From: a virus
Lineage: Duplodnaviria; Caudoviricetes
DNA: 64,000 nucleotides
Strand: one strand, 5' to 3'
Virus record (IMG/VR): IMGVR_UViG_2595698339_000001
Location: 1-64,000 of that record
The notes beneath the pieces are model-generated. The model was not told where the DNA came from and did no database searches. It saw only the letters and a list, made by a program, of their open reading frames with translations. Within the stretch, counting starts at the first letter, position 1, and each line of letters begins with the position of its first letter. The position numbers and the translations under genes are program-made. Shown one piece after another: positions 29,471 through 37,914 of the stretch.

Positions 29471-29642
29471 GTCGACCGGCCGCGCGCAGCTGATACACGC
29501 GCGCTTTCGAGATGTCGAGCGCTTCCGCGACCTGCTGCCAGGTGCAGCCAGCTTGCATGGCTTCCCACACCAGGCGCGGGAGCTCGGCATCCAACGCGGC
29601 GCGCTTGCCCCTGTTGGCGCGAATGCGGTCAAGCTCGGTCAC
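29457..29642 (-). CDS. small helix-turn-helix DNA-binding protein
   Basis: TWQQVAEALDISKARVYQ HTH; leaderless GTG 7 nt after TAGACT. Confidence 0.8.
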   Translation of the reverse strand: MTELDRIRANRGKRAALDAELPRLVWEAMQAGCTWQQVAEALDISKARVYQLRAAGRPTPG

Positions 29643-29662
29643 AGATCGCAGTCTAGCAGGGC

Positions 29663-29690
29663 TTGACTTCTGGTCTAGTTCAACTAGACT
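29663..29690 (+). promoter_or_regulatory. promoter TTGACT-16-TAGACT with overlapping palindromic operator GTCTAGTT-C-AACTAGAC
   Basis: Hexamers and perfect 8-1-8 inverted repeat at 29673-29689. Confidence 0.7.
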
Positions 29691-29774
29691 GTAGCTAACG
29701 CACCGACCTGACGGGTACAGATTGGAACCCTTGCCCGCCAGGTCGGCCCAACCCCCAACACAGGAGGCAACACC

Positions 29775-30059
29775 ATGTTACGCAAACTCGTCGCAACCGT
29801 CATCGCCGCCGCGGCCATCGGCCTCGGAGCTCCCGCTGTCGCGCAGGCTCAGCCGCACATGTGTGACAACCACGGCTTCGGTTCCGGCATGATCTACAAG
29901 GCGGCCTGTGGGTCGGGCTCGGGCGGCGCGGCCGCGGAGTGGACCTACGCCAAGAACCCTGACGGCACCGACAAGATGGAGTGCGGCAAGCACGTCTACA
30001 AGATCGCCCGCCACAGCGGCGGCGGCCGGTACGGCGTCGAGACCACCGATCCGTGGTGA
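29775..30059 (+). CDS. secreted protein
   Basis: Signal peptide MLRKLVATVIAAAAIGLGAPAVAQA; AGGAGG RBS. Confidence 0.8.
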   Translation: MLRKLVATVIAAAAIGLGAPAVAQAQPHMCDNHGFGSGMIYKAACGSGSGGAAAEWTYAKNPDGTDKMECGKHVYKIARHSGGGRYGVETTDPW

Positions 30060-30084
30060 CCTGAACCCACAACTGAATATCGAA

Positions 30085-30117
30085 GAAAGCCCCTGAGTTT
30101 CGGCTCGGGGGCTTTCG
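30085..30117. terminator. intrinsic terminator
   Basis: gaaagcccctgag/ctcgggggctttc stem. Confidence 0.7.
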
Positions 30118-30132
30118 CATTGGGGGAACATT

Positions 30133-31635
30133 TTGAGTGTAACTCGCGCGAACGTCGAAGCGACGAAGCGCTTTATCGGAGAGCGCGTCGGCAACCCGTA
30201 TGTGTACGGCGGGGCGCTCTCGCCCACGAACGTCCACCAGGGCACCGACTGCTCAGAAGTCTGGCAGACCGTCCTGGAGATGATCCACGGCCGGTACCAG
30301 CCGGGACGCCAGTCCGAAGGTGCCACCACCGAGTCCTACCGGCGCAAGCGCCAAGGCGGTTCGCTGCCTGACGGCGTGCGTGGCCCATTCGGCACTGTGG
30401 ACGTGAACCACTGGAGCGAGATTCCCGCGGACGCCGCGGTCAAGCTCGCCTTCCATCACGGCCCTGGTGGCGGTGCGAACTCCCACATGTGGGGCGAGCT
30501 CGACGGCATGCTCATCGAGTCCGCGGGCTCCAAGGGCCTGGTCACCAACGGCCGCGCCATGACTGTCGACAACTCCTACGCCACGGCCTGGGCCTACCTG
30601 CCCGGACCCATCGTGGAGGACGGCACGCCGCCCGCCGACCCGCTGGAGCCCCGCGACACCCTGTACGCGGACGTCTCCGAATGGCAAGTGCCGGTCGATG
30701 ATTCGTACCCATACTCCACGATCTGCATCCGGTCGAACGACGGGACGCACAAGGACCTGGACTGGGCGCACAACTACGACTGGTGCAAGCGCAACGCGGA
30801 CAGCGGCAAGCTGAAGTTCTTCATGGTCTACTTCGTGTGGCGGCCGAACTGGCAGGACGCAGTCCGCACGCTCAAGGAGCAGATCGGCACACCGCATCCC
30901 AAGATGGCCATCATGCTGGACATCGAGTCCTGGGGCGGGCAGATTCGCGGCAATCAATCCGCTGGCATCAACGCCGCTTTCGAGGACATCGCAGCGTGGC
31001 TGGGGGACCGGCGCCGAGTGTTTGGCTACGGCAACGTCGGAGACCTCAACAGCATCTGGCCGCAGAAGCCCGAAGGCATTCGCCTGGTGGTCGCAGCCTA
31101 CGGCTCCAATCCGTCCTACCCGGGGAAGATCGCTCACCAATACACGAACGGTGAGGGCTACGGGGCGCGCGACGGACTGCCCGATGGTGCAGCTCCCTTC
31201 GGCAAGTGCGACATGAACTCTGCGGACGGCCTGACCGCAACGCAATTCGCTGCGGCGCTTGGCATTTCCGTTACAACTGAAGAGGACGACGACATGGCAA
31301 AAGTCCCGCAAGATCAGTGGGACCGCGTCTACCGAGAGCAGACGCAGAAGCACCCCAGCCGGTCACCGCTTCGTCACCTGGACGAGGGTGTAATCGACAC
31401 CTGGTGCGGCATCGACCTGAACGTAGACGGCAACGTCCACGTCGTGGTCGTGAAGGCTCTCGCAGAGATGGGTCACCAGCCCTCCATCGCGCTCCTGTCC
31501 GAAGTGGCAGGCGCCGACCCGATCAAGTACCCAGACCGGCAAGAAGACCGCGCGCTGGCACTGCTGATCCTCAACTGGGTCGCCAAGGTCAATCCGCAGG
31601 CACTCCAGACCTACATCGACTCACAGAAGGCATAA
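30133..31635 (+). CDS. lysA: endolysin Lysin A (Cys peptidase + GH25-like muramidase + C-terminal domain)
   Basis: YVYGG..DCS..H peptidase motif; DVSEWQ and LDIES GH25 motifs; position. Confidence 0.9.
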   Translation: MSVTRANVEATKRFIGERVGNPYVYGGALSPTNVHQGTDCSEVWQTVLEMIHGRYQPGRQSEGATTESYRRKRQGGSLPDGVRGPFGTVDVNHWSEIPADAAVKLAFHHGPGGGANSHMWGELDGMLIESAGSKGLVTNGRAMTVDNSYATAWAYLPGPIVEDGTPPADPLEPRDTLYADVSEWQVPVDDSYPYSTICIRSNDGTHKDLDWAHNYDWCKRNADSGKLKFFMVYFVWRPNWQDAVRTLKEQIGTPHPKMAIMLDIESWGGQIRGNQSAGINAAFEDIAAWLGDRRRVFGYGNVGDLNSIWPQKPEGIRLVVAAYGSNPSYPGKIAHQYTNGEGYGARDGLPDGAAPFGKCDMNSADGLTATQFAAALGISVTTEEDDDMAKVPQDQWDRVYREQTQKHPSRSPLRHLDEGVIDTWCGIDLNVDGNVHVVVVKALAEMGHQPSIALLSEVAGADPIKYPDRQEDRALALLILNWVAKVNPQALQTYIDSQKA

Positions 31636-31638
31636 CTC

Positions 31639-32022
31639 ATGGACAAGATTCGCCAGTACTACTACCTCGCGGCGGCTGCCATCGCGGGCCTCATCCCGAT
31701 CCTCAACATCCTGCACGTGCTGAGCGACGACCAGATTCTGAGCGTGAACCAGATCATCGCCAGCATCGGCTCGCTGATCGGCGCCGCGGGTGTCGGCACG
31801 GCCGGTGTGATCCTGGGCAAGCAGCGCAAGGAAGGCGTCCTCGAGAAGCTGGACCCAGCCGACAAGGTCGTCACCGGCATCCAGGAAGCGGTCACCGCGG
31901 CGGCCCACGCCAACGACCAGCTGGACCGCGTCAAGGAGGTCGTGAACACGCTCAACCCGGGCACGGTCATCGGCAACCTGGTGGAGCAGGCCATCGCAGC
32001 GGCAGCGCGGCCTCGTGTCTAG
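31639..32022 (+). CDS. holin
   Basis: Two N-terminal TM helices, follows lysA. Confidence 0.8.
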   Translation: MDKIRQYYYLAAAAIAGLIPILNILHVLSDDQILSVNQIIASIGSLIGAAGVGTAGVILGKQRKEGVLEKLDPADKVVTGIQEAVTAAAHANDQLDRVKEVVNTLNPGTVIGNLVEQAIAAAARPRV

Positions 32023-32353
32023 CCCGGACGAACTCAAGGCCATCGACCTGGGGGTGGAGCTCAACGGCGACCCCCAGCCTTGGCGCTTCGTCAAGGTCCG
32101 CCACAACCGGGAGATTGGCGACATCGTCACCGATCCGGCCCGCGGCGAGTGGAACTCGGACCACAACGGCAAGCACTACGAAGGCACCACCGCGCAGGCG
32201 GAGCACATCGTGGGCATCGCTGAGCAGATCGCGTGGACGCACATCTTCTCGGATGGCGTGAAGCGCGACGCGGGCGACGTCCTGATCGCGCTGGGTGAGT
32301 TCCTGGTGGCCGCTGGCATCTTCGACGCCCTGAAGGGGGCCGAGGAGAAGTGA
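32015..32353 (+). CDS. hypothetical lysis-cassette protein
   Basis: Coupled between holin and lysB. Confidence 0.75.
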   Translation: MSSPDELKAIDLGVELNGDPQPWRFVKVRHNREIGDIVTDPARGEWNSDHNGKHYEGTTAQAEHIVGIAEQIAWTHIFSDGVKRDAGDVLIALGEFLVAAGIFDALKGAEEK

Positions 32354-33207
32354 CCACCTACGGAGAACTGAAGGCTCTCCGTCTTGGTGTGAAGTACGTT
32401 CGCCACACTCTCTTCACGGTGGCGGGGACCTGGGCCGACATGTGGTCCGGGTACCCCGCCGACGTCGCGCGGCTGGTGGATGAGGACCTCTTCCGCTGGC
32501 AGCCTGTGTGGTACCCCGCCTCGTTCGGCCCGGTCGGCAATCCGCTGGGCCGCTCGTACCAGGAGTCCGTCCAGGACGGCGTGAAGGAGCTGATCAGGCT
32601 CATCAACGCCACGCCTGGCACGTTCGCCTTGGTGGGATACTCGCAGGGCGCCGAGGTGGTGTCCCGGGTCCTCTTGGAAATCCTGTTCGGGTCGCTGCGG
32701 CATCGCCTGAAGGACTTCATCGGCGGCGGGTGCTTCGGCAACCCGTACCGCGCGAAGGGTGTCAGCTACCCCGGTAGCGGCCTGCCGACCTCGGGACATG
32801 GCATCGCCCCCGTCAACCTGGCTCCTGACATTCTCCCCGCGGAGATGTGGGAGGAGTGGTGGAACGAGGGCGACCTGTACGCACAGAACCTCGACGGGAA
32901 GTCTGGCGAGATAATCACCAGCTTCTACGACATCCTCACCAAGCTGCAGTTCCACGACATGCTCGGCCTGGCCGTGAACATGTTCAAGGCGCTAAGCAAC
33001 GACAAGGGCATCATCGCGCAGGTGATGCGGGTCCTCGCGGTTCCGCTGCCGGGTGTCATCGACGCCGGTCGCGCCGCGGTGTACGCCGGGACGTTCGCCG
33101 TCCAGGGCACCCGCCCGCACATCACACTGGCTGAGACCGGCCGCGTCGCGCGCGCCGTGTGGCACCTGAACCGCATCGGCGCCAAGACATTGGCTCGGGC
33201 CTCATGA
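32350..33207 (+). CDS. lysB: Lysin B (mycolylarabinogalactan esterase, cutinase-like)
   Basis: GYSQG nucleophile elbow, FGNP motif. Confidence 0.92.
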   Translation: MTTYGELKALRLGVKYVRHTLFTVAGTWADMWSGYPADVARLVDEDLFRWQPVWYPASFGPVGNPLGRSYQESVQDGVKELIRLINATPGTFALVGYSQGAEVVSRVLLEILFGSLRHRLKDFIGGGCFGNPYRAKGVSYPGSGLPTSGHGIAPVNLAPDILPAEMWEEWWNEGDLYAQNLDGKSGEIITSFYDILTKLQFHDMLGLAVNMFKALSNDKGIIAQVMRVLAVPLPGVIDAGRAAVYAGTFAVQGTRPHITLAETGRVARAVWHLNRIGAKTLARAS

Positions 33208-33620
33208 CCGGCGAGTGGATCACCGTCGTTGCGGGCCAGTGGCCGTGGCTGATCCTGGTGGCCGTCTTCCTCATGCTCATCCCGCAGGCGGTTAAGGCCA
33301 TCGAGACCGTCAAGGGTCTGTTGGCGCCGCTCTTCGAGCGCTTCACTCCCGCGGCGAAGCGCAAGGACAAGCGCGACGACATTAACGCCAAGGTCGCCGA
33401 CCTGGAGGCGCAGGTCACCTTCCTCACGGAGCAGGTGGCGAACCTCCGCGCGCGTGACCGCATGTACTGGGCCTGGGTGATCTCAGACCAGGAGTGGCAC
33501 CGCAAGGTCGAACTGGAAGCGGCCGAGCGCGGCTGGGAGCTTCCGCACCATGTCTCATTCGATGAGTTCTACGACGAGTGGATCATTCAGCACCCCATTC
33601 CCCGTCCCTACCAGCTCTAG
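33204..33620 (+). CDS. membrane protein with coiled coil
   Basis: N-terminal TM, ATGA coupling. Confidence 0.75.
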   Translation: MTGEWITVVAGQWPWLILVAVFLMLIPQAVKAIETVKGLLAPLFERFTPAAKRKDKRDDINAKVADLEAQVTFLTEQVANLRARDRMYWAWVISDQEWHRKVELEAAERGWELPHHVSFDEFYDEWIIQHPIPRPYQL

Positions 33621-33626
33621 GAACAC

Positions 33627-33872
33627 GTGAAGGTAACGATTTACACCAAGCCGGGGTGCAAGCCCTGCGAAGGCACCAAGAAGATGCTCACCAAGAAGGG
33701 CATCGAGTTTGAAGCCGTGGATGTGACTGAGGTCCCGTCCGCGGCCAAGGTTGTCACCGACCTCGGGTACGCAGGTGTGCCCGTCGTCGTGGTCGACTGC
33801 GGAGACGAGGCCAGTTGGACTTGGCACGGGTTCGCCCCGAGTCAGATTGAGAAGCTGGCCAAGCTTCAGTAA
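33627..33872 (+). CDS. nrdH: NrdH-like glutaredoxin
   Basis: IYTKPGCKPC, VPVV, WHGF motifs. Confidence 0.92.
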   Translation: MKVTIYTKPGCKPCEGTKKMLTKKGIEFEAVDVTEVPSAAKVVTDLGYAGVPVVVVDCGDEASWTWHGFAPSQIEKLAKLQ

Positions 33873-33944
33873 TTCCCGCCCATCCAGCAGGACACAGATG
33901 GACGAACTCCGTCACCCCGGGTAGATGTGCCCGACAAATAAACC

Positions 33945-34028
33945 AGAGCCCCAGAGCTCGCCTCCCGGCATCAACGGCGTTCCCCCCGAATGATGTGTCA
34001 GGTCGTAGGCGAGCCTGGGGCTCTTTTT
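33945..34028 (+). terminator. long stem-loop terminator (possible small RNA) ending the rightward operon
   Basis: agagccccag/ctggggctct, gctcgcct/aggcgagc and gcatca/tgatgt stems, U-tract. Confidence 0.75.
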
Positions 34029-34033
34029 CGTCA

Positions 34034-34513
34034 CTAGGCGGCGCGAGCCTTGTATCTGACCCTCGCGTCGGCAGCGCACTGTCGGCATTTCCTCCGGTCG
34101 GGTCGACTGGGGTGCGTATAGGTGTTCTCGGGAGTGTATAGGTGCCCGTTTCGGCACTCGTCCCTCTCTCGCAGTCGCGCAGCCGCGGCGCCGGGGCTCG
34201 TTGGCCTGCCGTGCTTGACCTTGTCCGCCTGGTTCGCCTTGGGCGTGTCCCAGCGCAGATTGCTTAGCCGGTTATCCCCGGGAGTGCCGTTGTTGTGGCA
34301 CGCCTCCATACCTGGCGGGCACGGCCCGACGAACGTCTCCAGCACCATGCGATGAACGCGCTGCTTGCGAACTGTCCCATCCGGGTAGTAGATATTGACC
34401 CTGCGGTAACCACTCGGGGTCCACATCCGCTTTAACTCTTGACCCTTAAACCCGAAGACTCGTCCGTCGTCACTGACCTTATACTTCGGATTGGGTGGAT
34501 ATGGCTTTATCAC
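34034..34513 (-). CDS. NUMOD4/HNH homing endonuclease
   Basis: YKVSDDGRV, VHRMV, CHNNG..DNRLSNLRW; GTG start downstream of an extended -10 TGnTACAAT (start uncertain). Confidence 0.88.
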   Translation of the reverse strand: MIKPYPPNPKYKVSDDGRVFGFKGQELKRMWTPSGYRRVNIYYPDGTVRKQRVHRMVLETFVGPCPPGMEACHNNGTPGDNRLSNLRWDTPKANQADKVKHGRPTSPGAAAARLRERDECRNGHLYTPENTYTHPSRPDRRKCRQCAADARVRYKARAA

Positions 34514-34535
34514 TTCACCAATGATTGTATCATGC

Positions 34536-34596
34536 GCCCCGCCTGAGACTCCCACAGCGTTCCCCTTGTGGTTGAGACTCGGCGGGGCCTTCTTTT
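34536..34596 (+). terminator. long stem-loop with U-tract
   Basis: gccccgcc/ggcggggc and ccaca/tgtgg stems, then cttctttt. Confidence 0.6.
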
Positions 34597-34698
34597 GCGT
34601 TTCGGGCCGGTGTAGCTTCACCGCTTAGCTGGAAAACCGGAAGTTCCATCCGGCCTGCGTGTCAATTCACGCCCTAGCTCATCCCAGCACCCGAAGTC

Positions 34699-34878
34699 TT
34701 ACGCCGCGGCGGCGTGAGGGTTGTGCGCGCTGCGGAAATCCACCCCCAGACGATCCCGATCAAACTCTGCACCCTTGGCGCAGGTCGCCATGATGCCATC
34801 CCAGATGACGGTGCCGCCGACGATGACCTGCCGTGGCACGAAGCAGCGGTGGTCGCAAAACTTGCAGTATGGTCCCAT
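34699..34878 (-). CDS. small Cys-rich protein (59 aa, MGPYCKFCDHRCF...)
   Basis: Read manually; starts 2 nt after the Lsr2 stop. Confidence 0.6.
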   Translation of the reverse strand: MGPYCKFCDHRCFVPRQVIVGGTVIWDGIMATCAKGAEFDRDRLGVDFRSAHNPHAAAA

Positions 34879-34880
34879 GC

Positions 34881-35267
34881 CTATCCTGAAAACTCGGGCG
34901 CCGCGGTGGCGCGCTTCTTCGGTGTGGACTTCTTCGGCTTGTGCGCCTCGGTGTACGCCTCCTCCACCTCGATGGGGATGCGGCCCTTGGGTGACACGTT
35001 CCAGCCGTTGTTGTTTGCCCAGTCCCTCATGGCCTGGAGTTGTTCGGGGTCTCGCTTCGGCGCCTTCGGTGCGGGCTTGGGAATTCCCGCGCGCTTCGGC
35101 CGCCGCCCCTTGTCGAAGTAGGGAGCAAGAAGCTCCGCCAACTCCTTGCCATTCTCGGTGGACAAGTCGATCTCTACGACGTCGTCATTGAGTCGGAGGA
35201 AGTGAGTCTTCTCCGCTTCGCTACCGTCAAGATCATCAATGAGTCGATGAATGATCTCGGTTGCCAT
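34881..35267 (-). CDS. lsr2: Lsr2-like nucleoid-associated protein
   Basis: LIDDLDG, EIDLS..N, RDWA..NG..VS.KGRIP motifs. Confidence 0.95.
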   Translation of the reverse strand: MATEIIHRLIDDLDGSEAEKTHFLRLNDDVVEIDLSTENGKELAELLAPYFDKGRRPKRAGIPKPAPKAPKRDPEQLQAMRDWANNNGWNVSPKGRIPIEVEEAYTEAHKPKKSTPKKRATAAPEFSG

Positions 35268-35314
35268 AACCCTCCCTTACCTTATTCGGTAATAGTGAGG
35301 CTATCGGAGATTAA

Positions 35315-35512
35315 TCAGATATACCAGAGCCGGTCGCCATGGCTGTCGTACATGTTGCCCCAGTGGGAGCTCAGCAAGTTGTGGTGACCGCGCATATACC
35401 AGACTTGCTCGCCGCGGACGGCAACCACAGTGGCAGGCTCGGTGCGCTCCTGATCCAGGAAGACGTAGTCGCCAATCTGGGGACCGACTTCTCGGCTGGG
35501 TTTCATCGTCAC
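35315..35512 (-). CDS. hypothetical protein
   Basis: Coupled leftward operon. Confidence 0.6.
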   Translation of the reverse strand: MTMKPSREVGPQIGDYVFLDQERTEPATVVAVRGEQVWYMRGHHNLLSSHWGNMYDSHGDRLWYI

Positions 35513-35973
35513 GCCTTCAGTTCGTAGTGTTCGGGATTGCGGCAGTCATCACCACACTCGTCGTCGTTCGCCGACATTGCAGAATGTGGTCGCTCGACTT
35601 CTCGGGGCGCCTCGCTCCATCCCGACACCCAGCGGGCCTCGTGAGCGATGTGGGTGAGGGGCGAATCCATGTCGGGATCGTGGGAATCACCGTCTTTCGA
35701 GTAGTTCTCCAAAGCCCAGGCGGCCTCATCCTCGCTGCGTCCAAGCCACCGGTGGCCGGATTCCTCGACGGGCACCCACTGCTCTTCGCGGGTGAGTCCT
35801 CCGAGGGCTTTATCAACCTCATAAGCCACGTGCGCGGTGTGTACGCCGTCGCCTTCCTCCGACCACCCGCAGATGCAGTACTCGGCGCGCACCATGTCGA
35901 ACCCCACGTCTGCGCCGTTGTAGGCGTGCGCATCGATCACCTCGATCATGAGGTTTTGGGCTTCGCTGCTCAC
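35509..35973 (-). CDS. hypothetical protein (CICG..H.AH zinc motif)
   Basis: GTG coupled to the upstream stop. Confidence 0.7.
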   Translation of the reverse strand: MSSEAQNLMIEVIDAHAYNGADVGFDMVRAEYCICGWSEEGDGVHTAHVAYEVDKALGGLTREEQWVPVEESGHRWLGRSEDEAAWALENYSKDGDSHDPDMDSPLTHIAHEARWVSGWSEAPREVERPHSAMSANDDECGDDCRNPEHYELKA

Positions 35974-36335
35974 GCTTCCTCCCCGGTATCCAGCGCGGCG
36001 AGGATCTGGTGGGCGATGGCGTTGCAGCCGCACGGTGCGCCGACATGCCGATTCGCCAGTTCCCGTATTAGCGTTTCCCGCGCGCGCAAACGCTCAACCT
36101 CGGCCACCAGCTCAGGGATGATAGTGCGCGCGGCGGCAATGAACTCAGCCACTGGGAGGTCTTCGCAGTGAGCCACCCATCCGCCGTTTGGACTGTCCAC
36201 GTCGTACCACTCATCCGCCGAGTCATAGTGGTGGGCTTCGTGAATAATCGGTTCGCCATCTTCGGAGTCGATGGTCCACGGACCATCTCCGATACTTTCC
36301 AGCGCGGCTTTTGCGCGGGTTACCGGGTCGCTCAT
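35970..36335 (-). CDS. Ead/Ea22-like protein
   Basis: GPW and AEFIAAARTIIPELVAEVERLR motifs. Confidence 0.65.
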   Translation of the reverse strand: MSDPVTRAKAALESIGDGPWTIDSEDGEPIIHEAHHYDSADEWYDVDSPNGGWVAHCEDLPVAEFIAAARTIIPELVAEVERLRARETLIRELANRHVGAPCGCNAIAHQILAALDTGEEA

Positions 36336-36505
36336 CGCTTCCTCTCCCACGGGTGTCCGGTCCAGTCGATCAGGCTGTTGTAGCCGAGCCCGAACGGGTA
36401 GTACCAGCCGTTCTCCATTCGCTTGATGATGAGTTCAAGCTCTTCGCCGGTTCTCACAGCCCGAACCCGTAGAACCACGGGCTTGCTGAGTTCTGTCTCG
36501 TTCAT
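36332..36505 (-). CDS. hypothetical protein
   Basis: MNETELSK start coupled to the upstream stop. Confidence 0.6.
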   Translation of the reverse strand: MNETELSKPVVLRVRAVRTGEELELIIKRMENGWYYPFGLGYNSLIDWTGHPWERKR

Positions 36506-36672
36506 CAGGGCACTACTTTCGCCAGGATTACCAGTGCGTCTGCCAGGCCGCTGGCCCGCCCCCCGCTGACTAGGCAGTCCTCTTTGTCGCCGCGGGCCGT
36601 GGCTGCTTCGCAGAATCGAAGCCACTTCACGCGCTCGGCGTTGATCAGGTCTATTGCATCGCTCAAGGTCAT
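36505..36672 (-). CDS. hypothetical protein (55 aa, MTLSDAIDLINAER...)
   Basis: Read manually; overlapping start/stop at both ends. Confidence 0.6.
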   Translation of the reverse strand: MTLSDAIDLINAERVKWLRFCEAATARGDKEDCLVSGGRASGLADALVILAKVVP

Positions 36673-36839
36673 CGGGTCTTCTCGATCTCTCGGCGAACTT
36701 CCGAGTCATCCAGTAGGCGACTCCACGCGGCGGCCGTCACCGGAACGCCCTTGCACGAGTGGATGACTTCAAAGACCCACTTGCCGCAACGCTGACACTC
36801 CTTCCGGCCATCGCCAGGGTCGGTGATGGGGTGGCTCAT
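36669..36839 (-). CDS. small zinc-binding protein (CQRC..H.C)
   Basis: C-terminal part of the 36669..36995 ORF. Confidence 0.55.
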   Translation of the reverse strand: MSHPITDPGDGRKECQRCGKWVFEVIHSCKGVPVTAAAWSRLLDDSEVRREIEKTR

Positions 36840-36897
36840 CCCAGCGGCCTCAGAACCAGCCGATCCACACGCGCAGCCCTGTCGAATGCGTACTTCA

Positions 36898-37113
36898 TCA
36901 GACACGCTCCCCGGTGCTTGGCATGTAGATCGGTCCAGGCTCACGCTCGCCGTAATGTTCGTCGTCCTCGACGGCGCGCACGTAGATGTCTCCACCCGGG
37001 GCCAGAAGAGTGCGAGCCGACAATGGATCGTCCAGCTTCTTGAGCAACGTCTCCAGGTTGCGCCGGGTCAGTTCCAGGATGGGCTTGCCCGGTTTGTTCT
37101 CGATGTACTTCAC
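36898..37113 (-). CDS. hypothetical protein
   Basis: LTRRNLETLLKKLD motif, codon usage. Confidence 0.7.
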   Translation of the reverse strand: MKYIENKPGKPILELTRRNLETLLKKLDDPLSARTLLAPGGDIYVRAVEDDEHYGEREPGPIYMPSTGERV

Positions 37114-37131
37114 AGCTTCATTCCCCTGAAG

Positions 37132-37278
37132 TTAAGTCATCTTCTTGTGCGGATGGATGCCCGCGGCCTTCTTGGCGGCGACGGTCAATTGCACCGACAT
37201 CCCGATCCGGGTGTTGTGCTCCTTGGTGCGGAAGTGCTTGCCGCATTGGCAGCCGGGATTGCATGGTGGCGCGGGCAT
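37132..37278 (-). CDS. small Cys/His protein (C..GCQCGKH)
   Basis: ATG coupled to the upstream stop. Confidence 0.55.
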   Translation of the reverse strand: MPAPPCNPGCQCGKHFRTKEHNTRIGMSVQLTVAAKKAAGIHPHKKMT

Positions 37279-37673
37279 CAGAGCACCCCCGACTTCTCGA
37301 TGACACCCTTGATGTGGTGGATGTCCTTGGAGTCCGGGGTCGAGCTGTGGTGATCGGCCACGTACGAGGCGTACCTGAAGACCCGGGAGAGCACCTTCTC
37401 CAGCTCCTCCTCGCGCTCCGACTTCTGCGGGGCCTCGCCAGCGGCCGCGCGTCGCTTCTCCAATTCCGCCAAGAGTCCACGAACGTGATCGTCGCTCTCC
37501 TGTGTGCGCAGCTTCACCACCTCCTGATGGATGGCATCCCACTGGGAGAAGTCCTTGTCGAGGAAGAGGTTGAGCCTGCTGCCCTGATGGTCGGTGAGGT
37601 TGATCACGATGGTGTCGCCATCGAGGCGTTCCACCCTGTCAACCTTCGGGTCGTGGAACATGAGCGTGGCCAT
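37278..37673 (-). CDS. hypothetical protein, first gene of the leftward operon
   Basis: GAAGGA RBS, codon usage. Confidence 0.75.
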   Translation of the reverse strand: MATLMFHDPKVDRVERLDGDTIVINLTDHQGSRLNLFLDKDFSQWDAIHQEVVKLRTQESDDHVRGLLAELEKRRAAAGEAPQKSEREEELEKVLSRVFRYASYVADHHSSTPDSKDIHHIKGVIEKSGVL

Positions 37674-37914
37674 TTTTTCCTTCTTTCCCCTAGTGCCGTA
37701 CCCGACTAGGTAACGACTTGTTGTTCGGTAGGGCGCTCAAGGTGAGTTCCGAAACCGAGGAGATTGTTCGATCAGCGCTGCGCTTGCCGAACGACTCGCC
37801 AACGTAGGCCGAGGGCCATCCGGCCTCGGGGCTGACTCGCTCGCTGACGCTCGCAAGTCCGCATAGCGCTCTCTACGTTCGCACTGATTCTCTACGCGAG
37901 GACGCTACAGGCTG

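Noticed and set aside
33974-34565. GCGTTCCCC resembles the start of type I-E CRISPR repeats
   Set aside because: Only two copies about 580 bp apart, no complementary GGGG arm, no repeat-spacer periodicity and no cas operon
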